In this document: in pieces, positions 27,680 through 40,245 of the stretch | Layout of the letters: every line of letters begins with the position of its first letter | Numbering within the stretch: position 1 is the stretch's first letter | Notes under the pieces: model-generated | Database searches by the model: none | What the model saw: only the letters and a program-made list of their open reading frames with translations | Told to the model about the DNA's origin: nothing | Assembly (NCBI RefSeq): GCF_009914755.1 | Contig: NC_060931.1 | From: the human T2T-CHM13v2.0 reference genome, Homo sapiens | DNA length: 64,000 nt | Direction: 5' to 3' (one strand) | Made by a program: the position numbers and the translations under genes

Positions 27680-30600
27680 CAGTTTATCTGGGTAGAAAAT
27701 TTAGGGATCACATTCTTTACAGGTTGTGGTTATTGCTTCAAAAGACTCTAGCATTTTATATTAATGTAGAGCTAATAAGGATGACCTGATTTTTCTTCCC
27801 CTAGAAGGGTCTTTAACCTTTTGCCTGCTTGAGGAGTCCTTTATTATATTTCAAGTCCAGTAGTGTTAACAGAATATGTCCTTTAAATATATAGACTTAG
27901 ATCTCCTTTTATAAATAAGTCCTCTTGAATTATATTTTCAAATACATTTGAATCATCCACCACTTTTCTAAACTCTACAAGCTCATATTTCTTTCCGTAG
28001 TCTTCTCATATCTTTCCTGAACTCTTACATGAATTTTTTGTGCTTTTATTTTATGAAAGCAGTTGCTTTAAGTCTTATTTTAATTTCATTGATACATTTA
28101 GGAACAACTTTTATTGTTCTGTGAAAAACGGGTTTGTTTTCCAGAGATTATTCTGTAACTGCCATTTGGTTTTTATGTTCTCTTTAAAAATGACAATACA
28201 TACTATGCTAGTTTTTGTTGTTTTTAAGAATATACCTTTTTCATTTGACTAAAAATCCTTGACCAGCTCTTTCCAGAAAATGTGGCAGGGGAACAGAGAC
28301 ATGTTCAAGTCTAAAAAGACAGAATTATATATGTTATTTCAATTTTACTTCGCCCCAGTCTACCAAAATCAATTCTGCAGAGCTGCTCACAATGTGAAAT
28401 TTCCTTATGTCCTCTACCTCACTGATACTCTACCTGCAAATGCAGCTCATCTGTGAACATGGCCCATAAAGATTTCCCTCTCTATTTCTCCTCAGAATCA
28501 GACTCAGGGAATTTCCCACTAAGAGTCCCTAGACCTTGGTCCTGTTGTAAAGAAAAACGTGCCGTTTTGCAATAGGTTGTGCCACTTAAGTTAGAAAGGA
28601 ATGCTTTGCCAACATTTTCTGAGCTCTGAAGTTATGACCATTTTTTTCCAGTGTCTCTCTCCACTCACACCTGTTTCACCTTGACTGATTTGGGCTGCTC
28701 GCTTCTTATTTTGCAATTCAGAGATTTAAGTAGTCTGCTGGTTTCAACCAAAAATTTAACTTTTTTGCTTTTTATTTTTCTGGTTGGTTTTTAATAATAA
28801 TTGAAAGAAAAAAATAAGAAATGGTCATTTTAATCAGCCACCATAAAACTAAATTTTTTAATGTTTCTTTAAGGGAATATTTTAACTATATTTTGTTTCT
28901 TGTATTGTAATTGGTCTATTTAGGTTATCTACTTTTCTTGAGTCAATGTTAGTAATTTACAGTTTTCTAGAAACTATGCATTTCATCTGGATTCTAGATT
29001 TTTTTAAAATGTATATGCTATTTTACATATATTTCGTTACATGTATAATGATTACATATATGATAAAAATGATATGTTATTCTTTTTATTTTTAAAAAGT
29101 TCTCTTTATTTGTAATTATATCCCCTTATCTTCTTTCTTCAACTAACTTACAAAGTAGATTGGTACAGATTACCAGATACTTTTCAATGTTGTTTAATTC
29201 ATAATTTTTTCTTTGCAAATTCTGATTTACTTGCATTTTACTTATTATTTTCCTTGATTTAGAGTACAATACTTTATATTAAACTATGTTGTTTTCAATT
29301 AAGCATTTTGGGGATTGTGAAATTAACTCTGAATATTGCTTTTATTGTATCTCGGAGGGATTGATGGTTAATATTCTCACTGTTTGTTTTTAAAAAGTTT
29401 CTAACACCAATTTTGATTCTCTGTTTATTGTCACTGTTATGCATTTTTTAATTTCTATGGTAAATGGATTTAATTGGCTATTAATTCATTGTTCTTTTCT
29501 AAATTTACGCATGTAGTTTAATGATATAGTCTGAATTATATCCATTTGGTATTTTGTTTTTAATTTCTTGAGATGATGATTAATGACTAATGTCTAGTAA
29601 ATTATTTCAGATATTTCATTAATGTTAAAAATAATGTATATTCTTAGCTTAAGTAACATATTTCTATGTTTAGTAAATATATGTTGTTCATCATGTTTTA
29701 AAAATTTCCTGTATTCTTAGTTTCCAAGAAAAAAGCATTAAAGTGCCATAGAATATTAAAGAGCAATTAAAAGAATGAAGATCTCTTCATATGCTGGTAA
29801 GAAAAGTCTTCCATATGTTTAGTGTTAAACTAAGTTTGGAACATCTACAAGTCTTTGCCCAAATACTCTCAGTGAAGCTTGCCTGGCCATCTTATTTAAA
29901 ATTGCGGCACTCCTCACCACACACACAAACTTCTCACCCCTCTTCCTCTGCTGTGCAATTTCACCGCATTGCCATCTTCTAAGATGTTACATGATTTGAT
30001 ATGTGATGCTTATTGCTCATCATCTGCTTTTCTCCACTGGAATGGAAACTTCACAAGCCCAGTAGTTTTTGCTTCCTTTGGTGACCAATGTGTCTTGGTG
30101 CCTGTACATGTGGGTGCTCAGTAGTTACAGGTTGAAAATATTAGTACGTGCATTACGGTAATTCATGTAAAAACAAAACCACAAGCTACTTTGGAAACAA
30201 GTATATGCAAATGTATAGAAAAAGATCTGGCAGTACACTCACCAAATTATTAACAGTGTTTGATTTGAAGGTGTGACTGAAAAATCAAGACAGCTATTAC
30301 CTTTTATCAGATATCTTTCCATTACCTGCTAAATTTCATACTTAAAGAGTATTGTCTTTGTCATTGCAATGTTAAAATTTTTATTTGGAATAATAAACCA
30401 TTCAGAAAACAATTAAATATTTTGATAACAAAGAGTAATAGATGAGGACTATCCTTGACATACATGAAAATACACTATAAGATTCCAATCATTCAATTAG
30501 AATGGTATTGATAAGAGAACAGACCTACAAATCATGGAACTAAACAGATATCTGATATAGATTACTTAGCATATGTAAGAAAGTACCACATAACAAAAGA

Positions 30601-30850
30601 GACCTTTCAAATCAGTGACAAATAGAAGGATATAGGAATAACTATTAGCTTTTGGAAAGACAGGGTAAAACAATGTAAATTTTCACTTTATATATAAAAA
30701 TATGAGTAGATTTGTGAACATGAAACATAGCACTCAGCACAGAAAACATCATAAATAAAATTTAAAGTCCAATATTGTCTTAGAAAAAATTTTGAACAAA
30801 CATAAAGACATTAGGTTGAGATCCTTATTAAATCAAGGTCACTAATGAAA
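27680..30850. mobile_element. Highly degraded L1M fragments with an L2 3' piece (~29870-30130)
   Basis: T-rich then A-rich strand-biased sequence typical of old L1; boundaries approximate. Confidence 0.45.
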
Positions 30851-32005
30851 AACACTAAAACTCTAGTAAATAGACCAAGCTCTTAAGTATGTAGAACTGA
30901 TTCAACTATAAACCACCAGTTTGTTTCTCTGATTTAATGGGACAAAAGGCACTTGCAGATGGTTACTTTATACAGAGTGACTCTATGAACAAAGTCTGTG
31001 GAATCCACAAACAGCACACTTGCAGAATTTTGAAAAAGCTTTGAGATTGTGGGAGTACTGCCCTTTACATAAACTGAGACTTCCCACATTTATTTTTATT
31101 GTAGTTTAAACACAATTCAAGGATGCTAGTTCAATGACAAATCTGCACGAAGTAAACTGGGACAAGAGGTTATTCAATTGCCCAGAACAGGAAGAATTTG
31201 TCTCTCTATCATCCCTGTCAATAATAATTAGCCCTTTCTGAAAAGGGTGTTGTAGATACACAGTCAAAATGATCCTTAAAGGGAGGATATAATTTGGCTT
31301 ACAGAAATCCATTACCAACAAATAACTGCTTGTGGAGGAAATATACAACAAAGCACCACACTTGGAAGTGATAATCACAGTAAATAGCATCCCTAGCCTA
31401 GATTGGGTCTTATATAAGAAACTATCATATTGCCAATTAACAAGTATTTTCTCAGTGTGATGACACTTTGAAATGGCTAAATACAAAATTGGGAGGAGAA
31501 AAGAAATTGCTTAGTCTCCTCCCTACCCCTCATCCCCTGCCTCCACAGCTCCCCAAACTACACAAGAGAAAACTCAATAATTCTGTAAGAATGATTTTCC
31601 TGGCTCAGTTTTATAAGAGACTTAGAAATAATACAACATCAGTTTATAAACCAGACAGGGCTTGGCCTGCTATGTCAACATAGAAAATCAATCCAGGAGT
31701 CCCAACCCTGCTTTGTGGCCTTTAGGGCTGCTTCAGAAATCAATTCCCAAGAAGGATAAAAGGTCACTGCCATGGGGCTCAGGAACACATGCCTCAAATT
31801 GCCAGCTGCAGAGCTCAATTCCCCCAGGGACTTGGCAATTTCGGCTCTAAATGTGGATTCACAAGGGAGAGCCATCCTGACCAAGCACATATGCTCTTTT
31901 GAGGTAGTGGCCATTTTCATGCCGACATTTTTGAGGCCCTATCATGGGTCAGGACTGAGCTGAGGCTTTCCATGCATTGCCTCACTGAATCTCCACAATA
32001 ACTCC

Positions 32006-32379
32006 TGTATGAGTCCGTTTTCGCACTGCTGTAAAGAACTGCCCAAAACCGGGTAATTTATAAAGGAAAGAGGTTTAATTGACTCACAGTTTTGCACAGC
32101 TGGAGAGGCTTCAGGAAACTTACAATCATGGCGGAAGGCGAAGAGGAAGCAAAGACTTTCTTCCCATGGTGGAAGAAAAGAGACAGCGTGTATGTCAGTG
32201 CAGGAAAAACTACCATTTATAAAACTATCAGATCTCATGAGAATTTGCTCACTATCACAAGAACACATGGGGAAACCATATCTATAACCCAATCACTTCC
32301 CACCAGGTCTCTCTCTAAACATCTGGGGATTACAATTCAAGAGGAGATGTGGGTGTTGACACAAACCCTAACCATATCA
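32006..32379 (-). mobile_element. THE1 (C/D-type) MaLR solo LTR inserted in a MIR
   Basis: GGGTAATTTATAAAGGAAAGAGGTTTAATTGACTCACAG...CTTACAATCATGGCGGAAGG...AACCATATCA. Confidence 0.92.
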
Positions 32380-32511
32380 GCTCTTGAGTAGATGCTATCA
32401 TTATCATCATCCCCCTTCACAGAAGGGCACAGAGGGACTTAGAGCATGTGGCTGGCCAAGGTACTAATCTACCCAGTGAAGTCAGACCTTTTAACCTTTT
32501 TCTGGTATGTT

Positions 32512-32875
32512 TGTATTCATTCACTGGGGCTGCCTTAACAAAGTACCACCGATTGGGTGGCTTATTCAACAGAAATTTATTTTCTCACATTTTTAGAGGC
32601 TAGAAGTCCAAGATCAAGGTGGCGTCTTCTGAGACTTCTCTATCTGGCTTGTTTTTTTCCTTTGTCTTCATATGATCTTCCCTCTGTACCTGTCTGCTTC
32701 CTAATCTCTTCTTACAAGGACACCAGTCCTATTGGATTAGGGCCCACTTTAATGACCTCATTTAACCTTAATTGCTTCCATAAAGGTCCTACATCCAAAT
32801 GCAGTCACGTTCTATAGTATTGAGGGTTATCACTTTAACATATGAGTTGGGGGGAGCACAACTCAGTCCATCACA
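32512..32875 (-). mobile_element. MLT1B-type MaLR solo LTR
   Basis: GGCTGCCTTAACAAAGTACCAC...CTCTTCTTACAAGGACACCAGTC...GGATTAGGGCCCAC...CAGTCCATCACA. Confidence 0.85.
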
Positions 32876-32899
32876 TTCTCTATTATTGTAATTGTTCAG

Positions 32900-35230
32900 A
32901 TCCATTTATCTCTTATAAACCAATGATCAAAACCTGTACATCCAACTCTCTGCCCATCCCATAAGAAATACCTGGTTGTGGCTGGAGAAAGAGCTACAAT
33001 ATACTGGCTGGTCTCACTTGGCATGTTCTTGACATTCAGGATAGGCGGAGTGACCCAGCAATCATATAGACACCATCCATTCCAGTGACACTCAAACTTC
33101 AGCGTGCATCAGAATCCCTGCAAGGCTTGCTAAGACACAGACTGCTGCGCCTACCTCAGAGTTCCTGATTCATCAAGCTGGAAGTAAGGCCTGAGATTTT
33201 TGCATTACTAACAAGTCTTCAGGTGATACCAATGCTGCTGATCTGGAGACTGCCTTTGAGAGCCACTATTCTATCTCTTTCCCAATCAACTGTCCTTTCT
33301 CACCTCCCTTTTAAATCTCCAGCACCTGCTCCCTCATGTTCATTCTCAATGCACAATCTTTTTTTCTCCTTCACTGACAGAGGTGAAACAATTAAAAGAG
33401 AATTTCCCCAGTCTCTCACTACTGCACCTGCTCACCCTCCCACAAGCACGTGTACTCACTGTGCTTTTCTTGCTGTTTTGAAAGGTGAATTGTCTGTGGT
33501 CTTTCTAGAGCCAATCTCTTCACATGTGCACCAGATTCCAAGCCCTGCGGCCCACTCAAGGGCATCCCTGCATGTCTTCTCCCATCTCTTACCTTGTCAA
33601 CTCTTTCCACTTTTTGAGTCATCCTCCTCAGCACAAAAGATTGTTACTCATTTATCTTAAAAAGCAAAAAAACTAAGCCAACAAAAACAAGAAAAAACAG
33701 AAATAAAACCTTTTACTGGACCCTCTCTCCCTACCAGGTATGACTCCATTTCTCTTTGCCTTTGCAGAAAAACATTTAGAAAGGGGGTCTGTATTAATTC
33801 TATCCAGTTCCTCTCCTCTCATTCTCTCACAGACCCACTGAAATCAGGTCTTAACTCTCAACAAAATTGCTCTTACTGAGGTCTCAGATAAACTTCAGGT
33901 TGCTAAATCTCATGGCTCACATTTGGTCCTCTCACATTTTACGCCCCTTGACAGAGATGACACCACTCCTTGATACTTTTTTTTTTTTTTTTTTTTTTTG
34001 GCTTGTAAGGCTTTCTAATTCACTGGTTGCTAGTCTCAGAACTTTGTGAATGATTTATCTTTGCTTATACCTCTTAGTCCTGGACTGACTTGCCCCAGAT
34101 TGTAGTTTCTTTTTTTATCCACTCTCCTTCCTTTGGGGATCTCATCCAGTCTCCCTCTGTATGCCCTTTGTTGCCAAATTTACATCTCCAGCCCTGGATG
34201 CTCCTTTGCCTCAGACTCCAAAACTATATTCAAAGTCTCTCATTTAGATCATTCAAACTTTTCAAGAGTGACTCCTGATCTTCTCCCAAATATCTGAGCT
34301 GCTCAAAGCTTTCCATCTCAGTAGATGAAAAATTCACCCCTCTAGTGCTTAGGTCAAAAATCTTTGAGTCACCCTTGTTTCCTCTCTTTATTACTCCCCC
34401 CACTGCACATCCGATTCACCAGGAAGTCTTCCTGTGTTTACCCTAAACATAATTCAGAGACCAATTACTCCTCACCGCCTCCATGGCTATCACTTTCGTC
34501 AGACTTGCTACATTTTAGCAATCGTCTTATAACTGTTTTCCTATTCCCACCCTTGCCTCCTTCCATTCTATTGCCCACAAAGAAACATAAGTGATCCTTT
34601 TGAAACATAAGTCAGATCACGGCATTTCTTTCCCAAAAAGAAATGCAAGTGTCTAAATTCTTCGCCTACCTCAGGGTAAAAGTCCAAGTTCTTATATGGC
34701 CTTTAAAGACCTCTGTGTACTCTCCTCCTCCCTCCATTAGTTCTCTGATCTTCCCTTCTTCTTTTCTTCCTCATCCTACTCTGCTCCAGCCACGCAGTCT
34801 TTCTGGCTATTTCTTGAACATAGTAAACATGATCCCTCCTCTGAGCTTTGAGTTGTTTCCTTTGCCTGGGAAATTCATCTGGAGACTTCCGGGCTTGCTC
34901 ACCTATATAGGCAAGTCTGTACATGAGACCTGCTCTGACCACTCAATTTAAAATGGCAGCAAAATCCTTTCTGGCACCCCACCTTTAAAATGGCAACAAA
35001 AGCCTTCCTGGCACCTTTCCTTTCTAGCTTTGGACCTATTACATAATCTATGTATCTTTTGTGTTATCATCTGCCTTCCCCGCCAGTATGTAAACTCCAC
35101 AAAGGTTGAGATTTTTGTTTGGTTCACTGATGTATCCCAAGGACACAGTTCAGTATCTAACTTGCAGTGGAAACTCACCAAGTATTTATCAAATTATTTG
35201 ATAAATGAATGTGATGATAAATGAATGTGA
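32900..35230 (+). mobile_element. Long L2 remnant interrupted by MER5A (33083-33267)
   Basis: Pyrimidine-rich L2 body ending in ATAAATGAATG; MER5A hallmarks CTTCAGCGTGCATCAGAATC...TTTGCATTACTAACAAG..CAGGTGAT. Confidence 0.75.
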
Positions 35231-35318
35231 CTGTAAAATGATACTTTATAGTCACTGGAGAAATCAGTCTCTGACATCCCCAGGAACAAAATCAACATTC
35301 TTTGGAATAGTCATTGAT

Positions 35319-35760
35319 AAAGGGTTCATAACTTTTTGTGCCATGGACTTCTTTGGCAGTCTGTAGAAGCCTATGAACCCCTTCACAGATTAGTATTTTT
35401 AAATGTACAAAATAAAATCAATAAACTACAAATGTAGTAAATTATTTTATCAGAACATTTTTAAAATTATAAAACAAATTTGTAGCTAATAGTAATACAC
35501 ATACTTCGTTATCCATTAATTGACAACATCTGGTAGTGGTTCTAATAACGACCATAATTTTGAAGTACTGATGTCTAGACTGATATTTCAAGATGTCTGT
35601 AATAACTCTAACGTGATACGAATGTATCTGTAATTTCCACTGTGAATAAAGTCACTGGTACTGCTAATAGCACCATGGTTTCTTGCCTATATTCATAAAT
35701 GAAGGAAATGTTAAATTTTAGCTAGTTAAAAAAAAAAAAATGAAAATGAGGTTGTATTTT
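35319..35760 (+). mobile_element. Charlie4a (MER80) hAT element, 3'-truncated
   Basis: GTGCCATGGACTTCTTTGGCAGTCTG..AAGCCTATGAACCCCTTC; AAAGTCACTGGTACTGCTAATA. Confidence 0.8.
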
Positions 35761-36097
35761 CTACAGATACTTAAATGAATGCTTTGGAAACACTTGTAAG
35801 GAGTAGAAATAAAAGCAGAAAGACTTTCCCCTTTCTTACTCCCCCAGAAGGTGCTACTGAATTGTTGCAGATAAGGAAATTGTAAGATAATTGAAAAAAT
35901 GATAAAAATCTGGAAGAATTCTGTGCCAAGACTGTTTTTGCTTTCGCAAGTGTCTAAATTCTTGTTCTACTTTAATAGAATCAAATCTGCAAATTATCAG
36001 AGTGATGATGTACATGGTTCATATAAAGCAGACAATGTGGAACTCCAAGTATCTGAACAATCAGATCAAAATACCCAGACTACATATCAAGAAAGCA

Positions 36098-36428
36098 GGC
36101 TGAGTGTGATGGTTCATGCCTGTTATCCCAGCACTTTGGGAGGCTGAGGCAGGAGGATTGCTTAGGAACTCAAGACCGGCCCAGGCAACACAGCAAGACC
36201 CTTCTCTACAATAAGAAAGAAAAGAAAAAAAATAGAAAAGAAAAGAAAAAAACAGAAAAAGAAAGAGCTGGGCATGGTGTCACTTGCCTGTAATCCTAGC
36301 TACTAGGGAGGCTGAGGCAGGAGGATCCCTTGACCGCAGGAGTTTGAGGTTGTTGTGAGCTATGATTGTGCCAGTACGCTTCAATCCAGGCAACAGAGCG
36401 AGACCCTATCTTTTAAAAAAATAAAATA
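36098..36428 (+). mobile_element. AluJ with an expanded (GAAAA)n middle linker
   Basis: GGAGGATTGCTT / GGAGGATCCCTTGA J-type diagnostics; TSD AGAAAGCAG. Confidence 0.88.
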
Positions 36429-37199
36429 GAAAGCAGTGCCTCCATGTGCTTCAATGTGCATTTATGTATTTAAGATAAAATAAACTTTTTATGATGTATA
36501 TTTATAATTTCCTATCATTTTTCACTCACAGTTTTGTGGTTTTCTCTTTCTTTTCTTTTCTTTCCCTTTCTTTTCCTTCCCTTTATTTTTATTCTTCCTT
36601 TTTTTTTTATTCACCAACTACCCACCTTCCCTAATTCGTAGGTTAGAAGGATTTCTCTACAGTTCTTTCTCTTTTTTCCAATCTCTTCTGGATGTTTCTT
36701 TGTCTCAAACTACATAGACATTGTGGAAATCAGTATCTTCATTTCAAGTCTAGGTGGGTCAAATTTGATTCTCTTGTATTTTCACTCTTAAAATAGCATC
36801 TTGAACTTTCACCTGTGATCCATCTATAAGGATCAAATGTAAGGACTTCAAGAGGGCATCTGCCCAATAATTTCTGTATACCCAGTACAGCAAACAGGGT
36901 GGTATTGTTGATGTGTACTCAGTGCATACAATAGTATAGTAGTGTTGTATATGCTTTGCAGAGAGTAGCATTATTGTTGTATCAGCACATAGGACAGGAC
37001 AGTTTTATTGCAACATAACCAAAACATAGGTTAAATGTTAATGTTGTTGTACACCCAGTGCATAGAACAACATAAAATTGTTGTTATATGTTCAATGCAA
37101 ACCACAGAGTAGAATGCTCAATTTTTGTTGAATGACATAAATGAATTAAATGGACACAGCATCACCTACATGCCTCACCTACAAAGGCCTAACTTGTAA

Positions 37200-37380
37200 T
37201 GGGATTACTATTGTTGTTTTAATAAATTAAGCAACGAATACAGTTTCAAAAAGTACTTAGCTTTATTTTTCAACACAGTAAATATGAATATAACCCATAT
37301 CAGTAAAAGTTGTTTGGGGTCTTCAATGATATCTTAAGACTATAAAGAGGTCCTGACACCAAAAGGGGGAGAAGCACCGC
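37200..37380 (+). mobile_element. Charlie1 3' end fragment
   Basis: TATAACCCATAT..TTTGGGGTCTTCAATGAT..GGTCCTGACACCAAAAG. Confidence 0.65.
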
Positions 37381-37543
37381 AATCTTGCATGCTCCTGGCT
37401 CCTGAGAGGTTATTGCAGTCTGCCATACTATTGTATTTCCAGTACTTACATGGTGTTTTGGCAAAACCTGAGCATGTGTTGTCAAGTGGCTGATGAGGAT
37501 GTGATTCTGAGAAAGGCACCACGAGATAAAAGATATGAATCTC

Positions 37544-37932
<389 letters not shown>

Positions 37933-39819
37933 TCAATTCCTACAAGTTCCCCCCAGCTGCTGAGTGTGAAGCCCCACGAGGTTCTTTGAAAAGTGTTCCT
38001 TTGCCAGTCTAAACTGTTCTGGGACTTCATTATAGCAACGCCTGCTCACCACAGGCAAGGAACCAGCAATCTGATGAAGGATTTATTGAAAATGTGGGTA
38101 AATCAGAGTTTTTGTTCCCATGTGAATGATTCCCCCGGCAGGCTTGAGCTTTAGAAGCTCTATAAATACTTACTAAGTAATTAATTGATTGACTAAAGAA
38201 ATAAATGAAAAAAATAACAATAATTATAAATCGAGGAAATGTAAAATATGTATTATTGTCACAATGGATGAAAATATCCCAAAAGAGATCATTTGGTTGT
38301 GAGTTAGGTTTTAAAGTATACGCAATATTAGAAATGAATAATTGAAGATAGTTTCAATAATTTTAAAAACTACTGCCCAATGGTAAAAGATATAAAAGAT
38401 TATGTAATTTACAAGGCAGATGTCCTATATCTCTTGAATTATTTTAGACTGGGACACAAAAAGCCCAGGCAGTCAAGATGATATTAAATGATTCAAAAAT
38501 AGCATTATTTCAATTAAACAAATAAATGCCCACAAGACCTATACAACAAGCTGAAAAAGTTAGGTGCTTATCACATCAGGATTCTGTACTACCTTCCTTT
38601 AGGAAAAAAATATTATTGAAATACTAAATTGTATTGAAACATTGTTTTTAAAAGAATTAGGCAATGCATGGAACATACTTTTGAGTCTTTTTCCCTGAGT
38701 TTCAAAACACAATTCAGTTGTTTCCTTTCCAAGAAGTCAAACAAATATTGTTATTTACAAACTAGGCAAATAGCATCAAGAGAAGAAAATATATTTCTTT
38801 TTACTTTTTCTGCCACTGAAGATCTACTAACACTAGCAGAGAAGACCATTAATACATAATAAGGCCACATTCAATGCCCCATGATTTTTATTATTCTACA
38901 TCAACTTAAACAGGGGAATTCTAATTCTTTTGACTATGCACTTCCTCTTTTTCCATTTTCTTTTTTTTTTAATTAATGTTAAAACTTTCAGAGCTACAAT
39001 ATTGCAATCTATTCTTTCAAAGCACTATTTGCCTATTAAAAGAAATTCCACCAAGTTCAGACATTACCTTAGCAATACAGTAGAATATTTCTCTACTAAT
39101 AAAAAAATCAACTCCTGCAGTTTTAACCAACACCTATGTGTAAATAGTCTTCTTATTTATATCACATTTACAACATTTCCGCTACTCAGTTAAGGTGCAT
39201 AAGAGCAGAAACTGTGACTTCTCAGCACTAGGACCTAGCCAGATAGTCATTGCCCTGTTCAAAATAAGTTTAACAACTGTTAAATGACAAGTTTAGATGG
39301 TGCCATCTGAATCCTCCATAAGCACTGCAAATTCAGCATTTCATTCTCCCATTCTTACTTATCTGTGTTGATTGCTTCACCACCTACCCATTTGTTAAGG
39401 TCAAAAATGTTGGCTTCATCAATGGCTGTACACTCTCCTCCCTTTGAAATTCTTACCCTATTATTTGCCTAGTCCTACAGATTCTCTGCGAATTCTCTAT
39501 TACTACACAAATTTAGCTTTCATTATTACTCATCAAAATATTACTTTTGTCTCTTTCATTGTCACCAATAGAATGCCTTCTCTACCTTCTCCAACCTATT
39601 TCATTATAAAGCTAGTTGTGCTTGCTTTCTAAAAAGTGGATATGCTTTTGCTTTCCTCCCAGTTTCCCCTCTGTTTAGATTTTTAATGGCTCCCGATTTT
39701 CTGTATTATCTAAATGCTCAGCATGTCCTACTGGACTTCACTACTACCTTTAAATAACAGCTCCCCGACCAGCTCTTGCCTAGACTCTCCTTGTGCCTTA
39801 TATGAACAACAAATGTCTC

Positions 39820-40245
39820 TGTCTTAAGTTGGTTTCCCCAGAAGCAGATTCTGAGACAAAGATTTGAGTACCGGTGCTATATTATTTGGGAAATGATCCC
39901 GGGAAACAACAAATGTCTGGAGAGAGATAAAGAGAAGGAAAGAGAACCAATAATTTGTGCCTTGTCAAGCAGGTGTTAGAGGTAGGGCAACTGAGTTCAA
40001 TCTCATTGGGGAGTCCTAAAAGATAATGAGGAACACTCTTCCTTATTATCCAACCCCAACCCCTCCTGCCTCCAAGGGCAAGGAAGGTAGAGTGTGTATT
40101 CTCCAATCCATTTGTCACTGGCCAAGAACTGCTACTGCATACATTCATCACTTACCATTTCCAGCCTGCCCAATAAAAAGAAAGTCTCAGGTAGAGAGTT
40201 ACAGGTGATTCTAGCAGAATGCCAGAATGACATGGGTAGGCATTG
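39820..40245 (-). mobile_element. LTR16-type ERVL LTR within L2 fragments
   Basis: TGTCTT..TTCCCCAGAAGCAGATTCTGAGACAAAGATTTGAGT..ATTTGGGAAATGATCCC. Confidence 0.65.
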
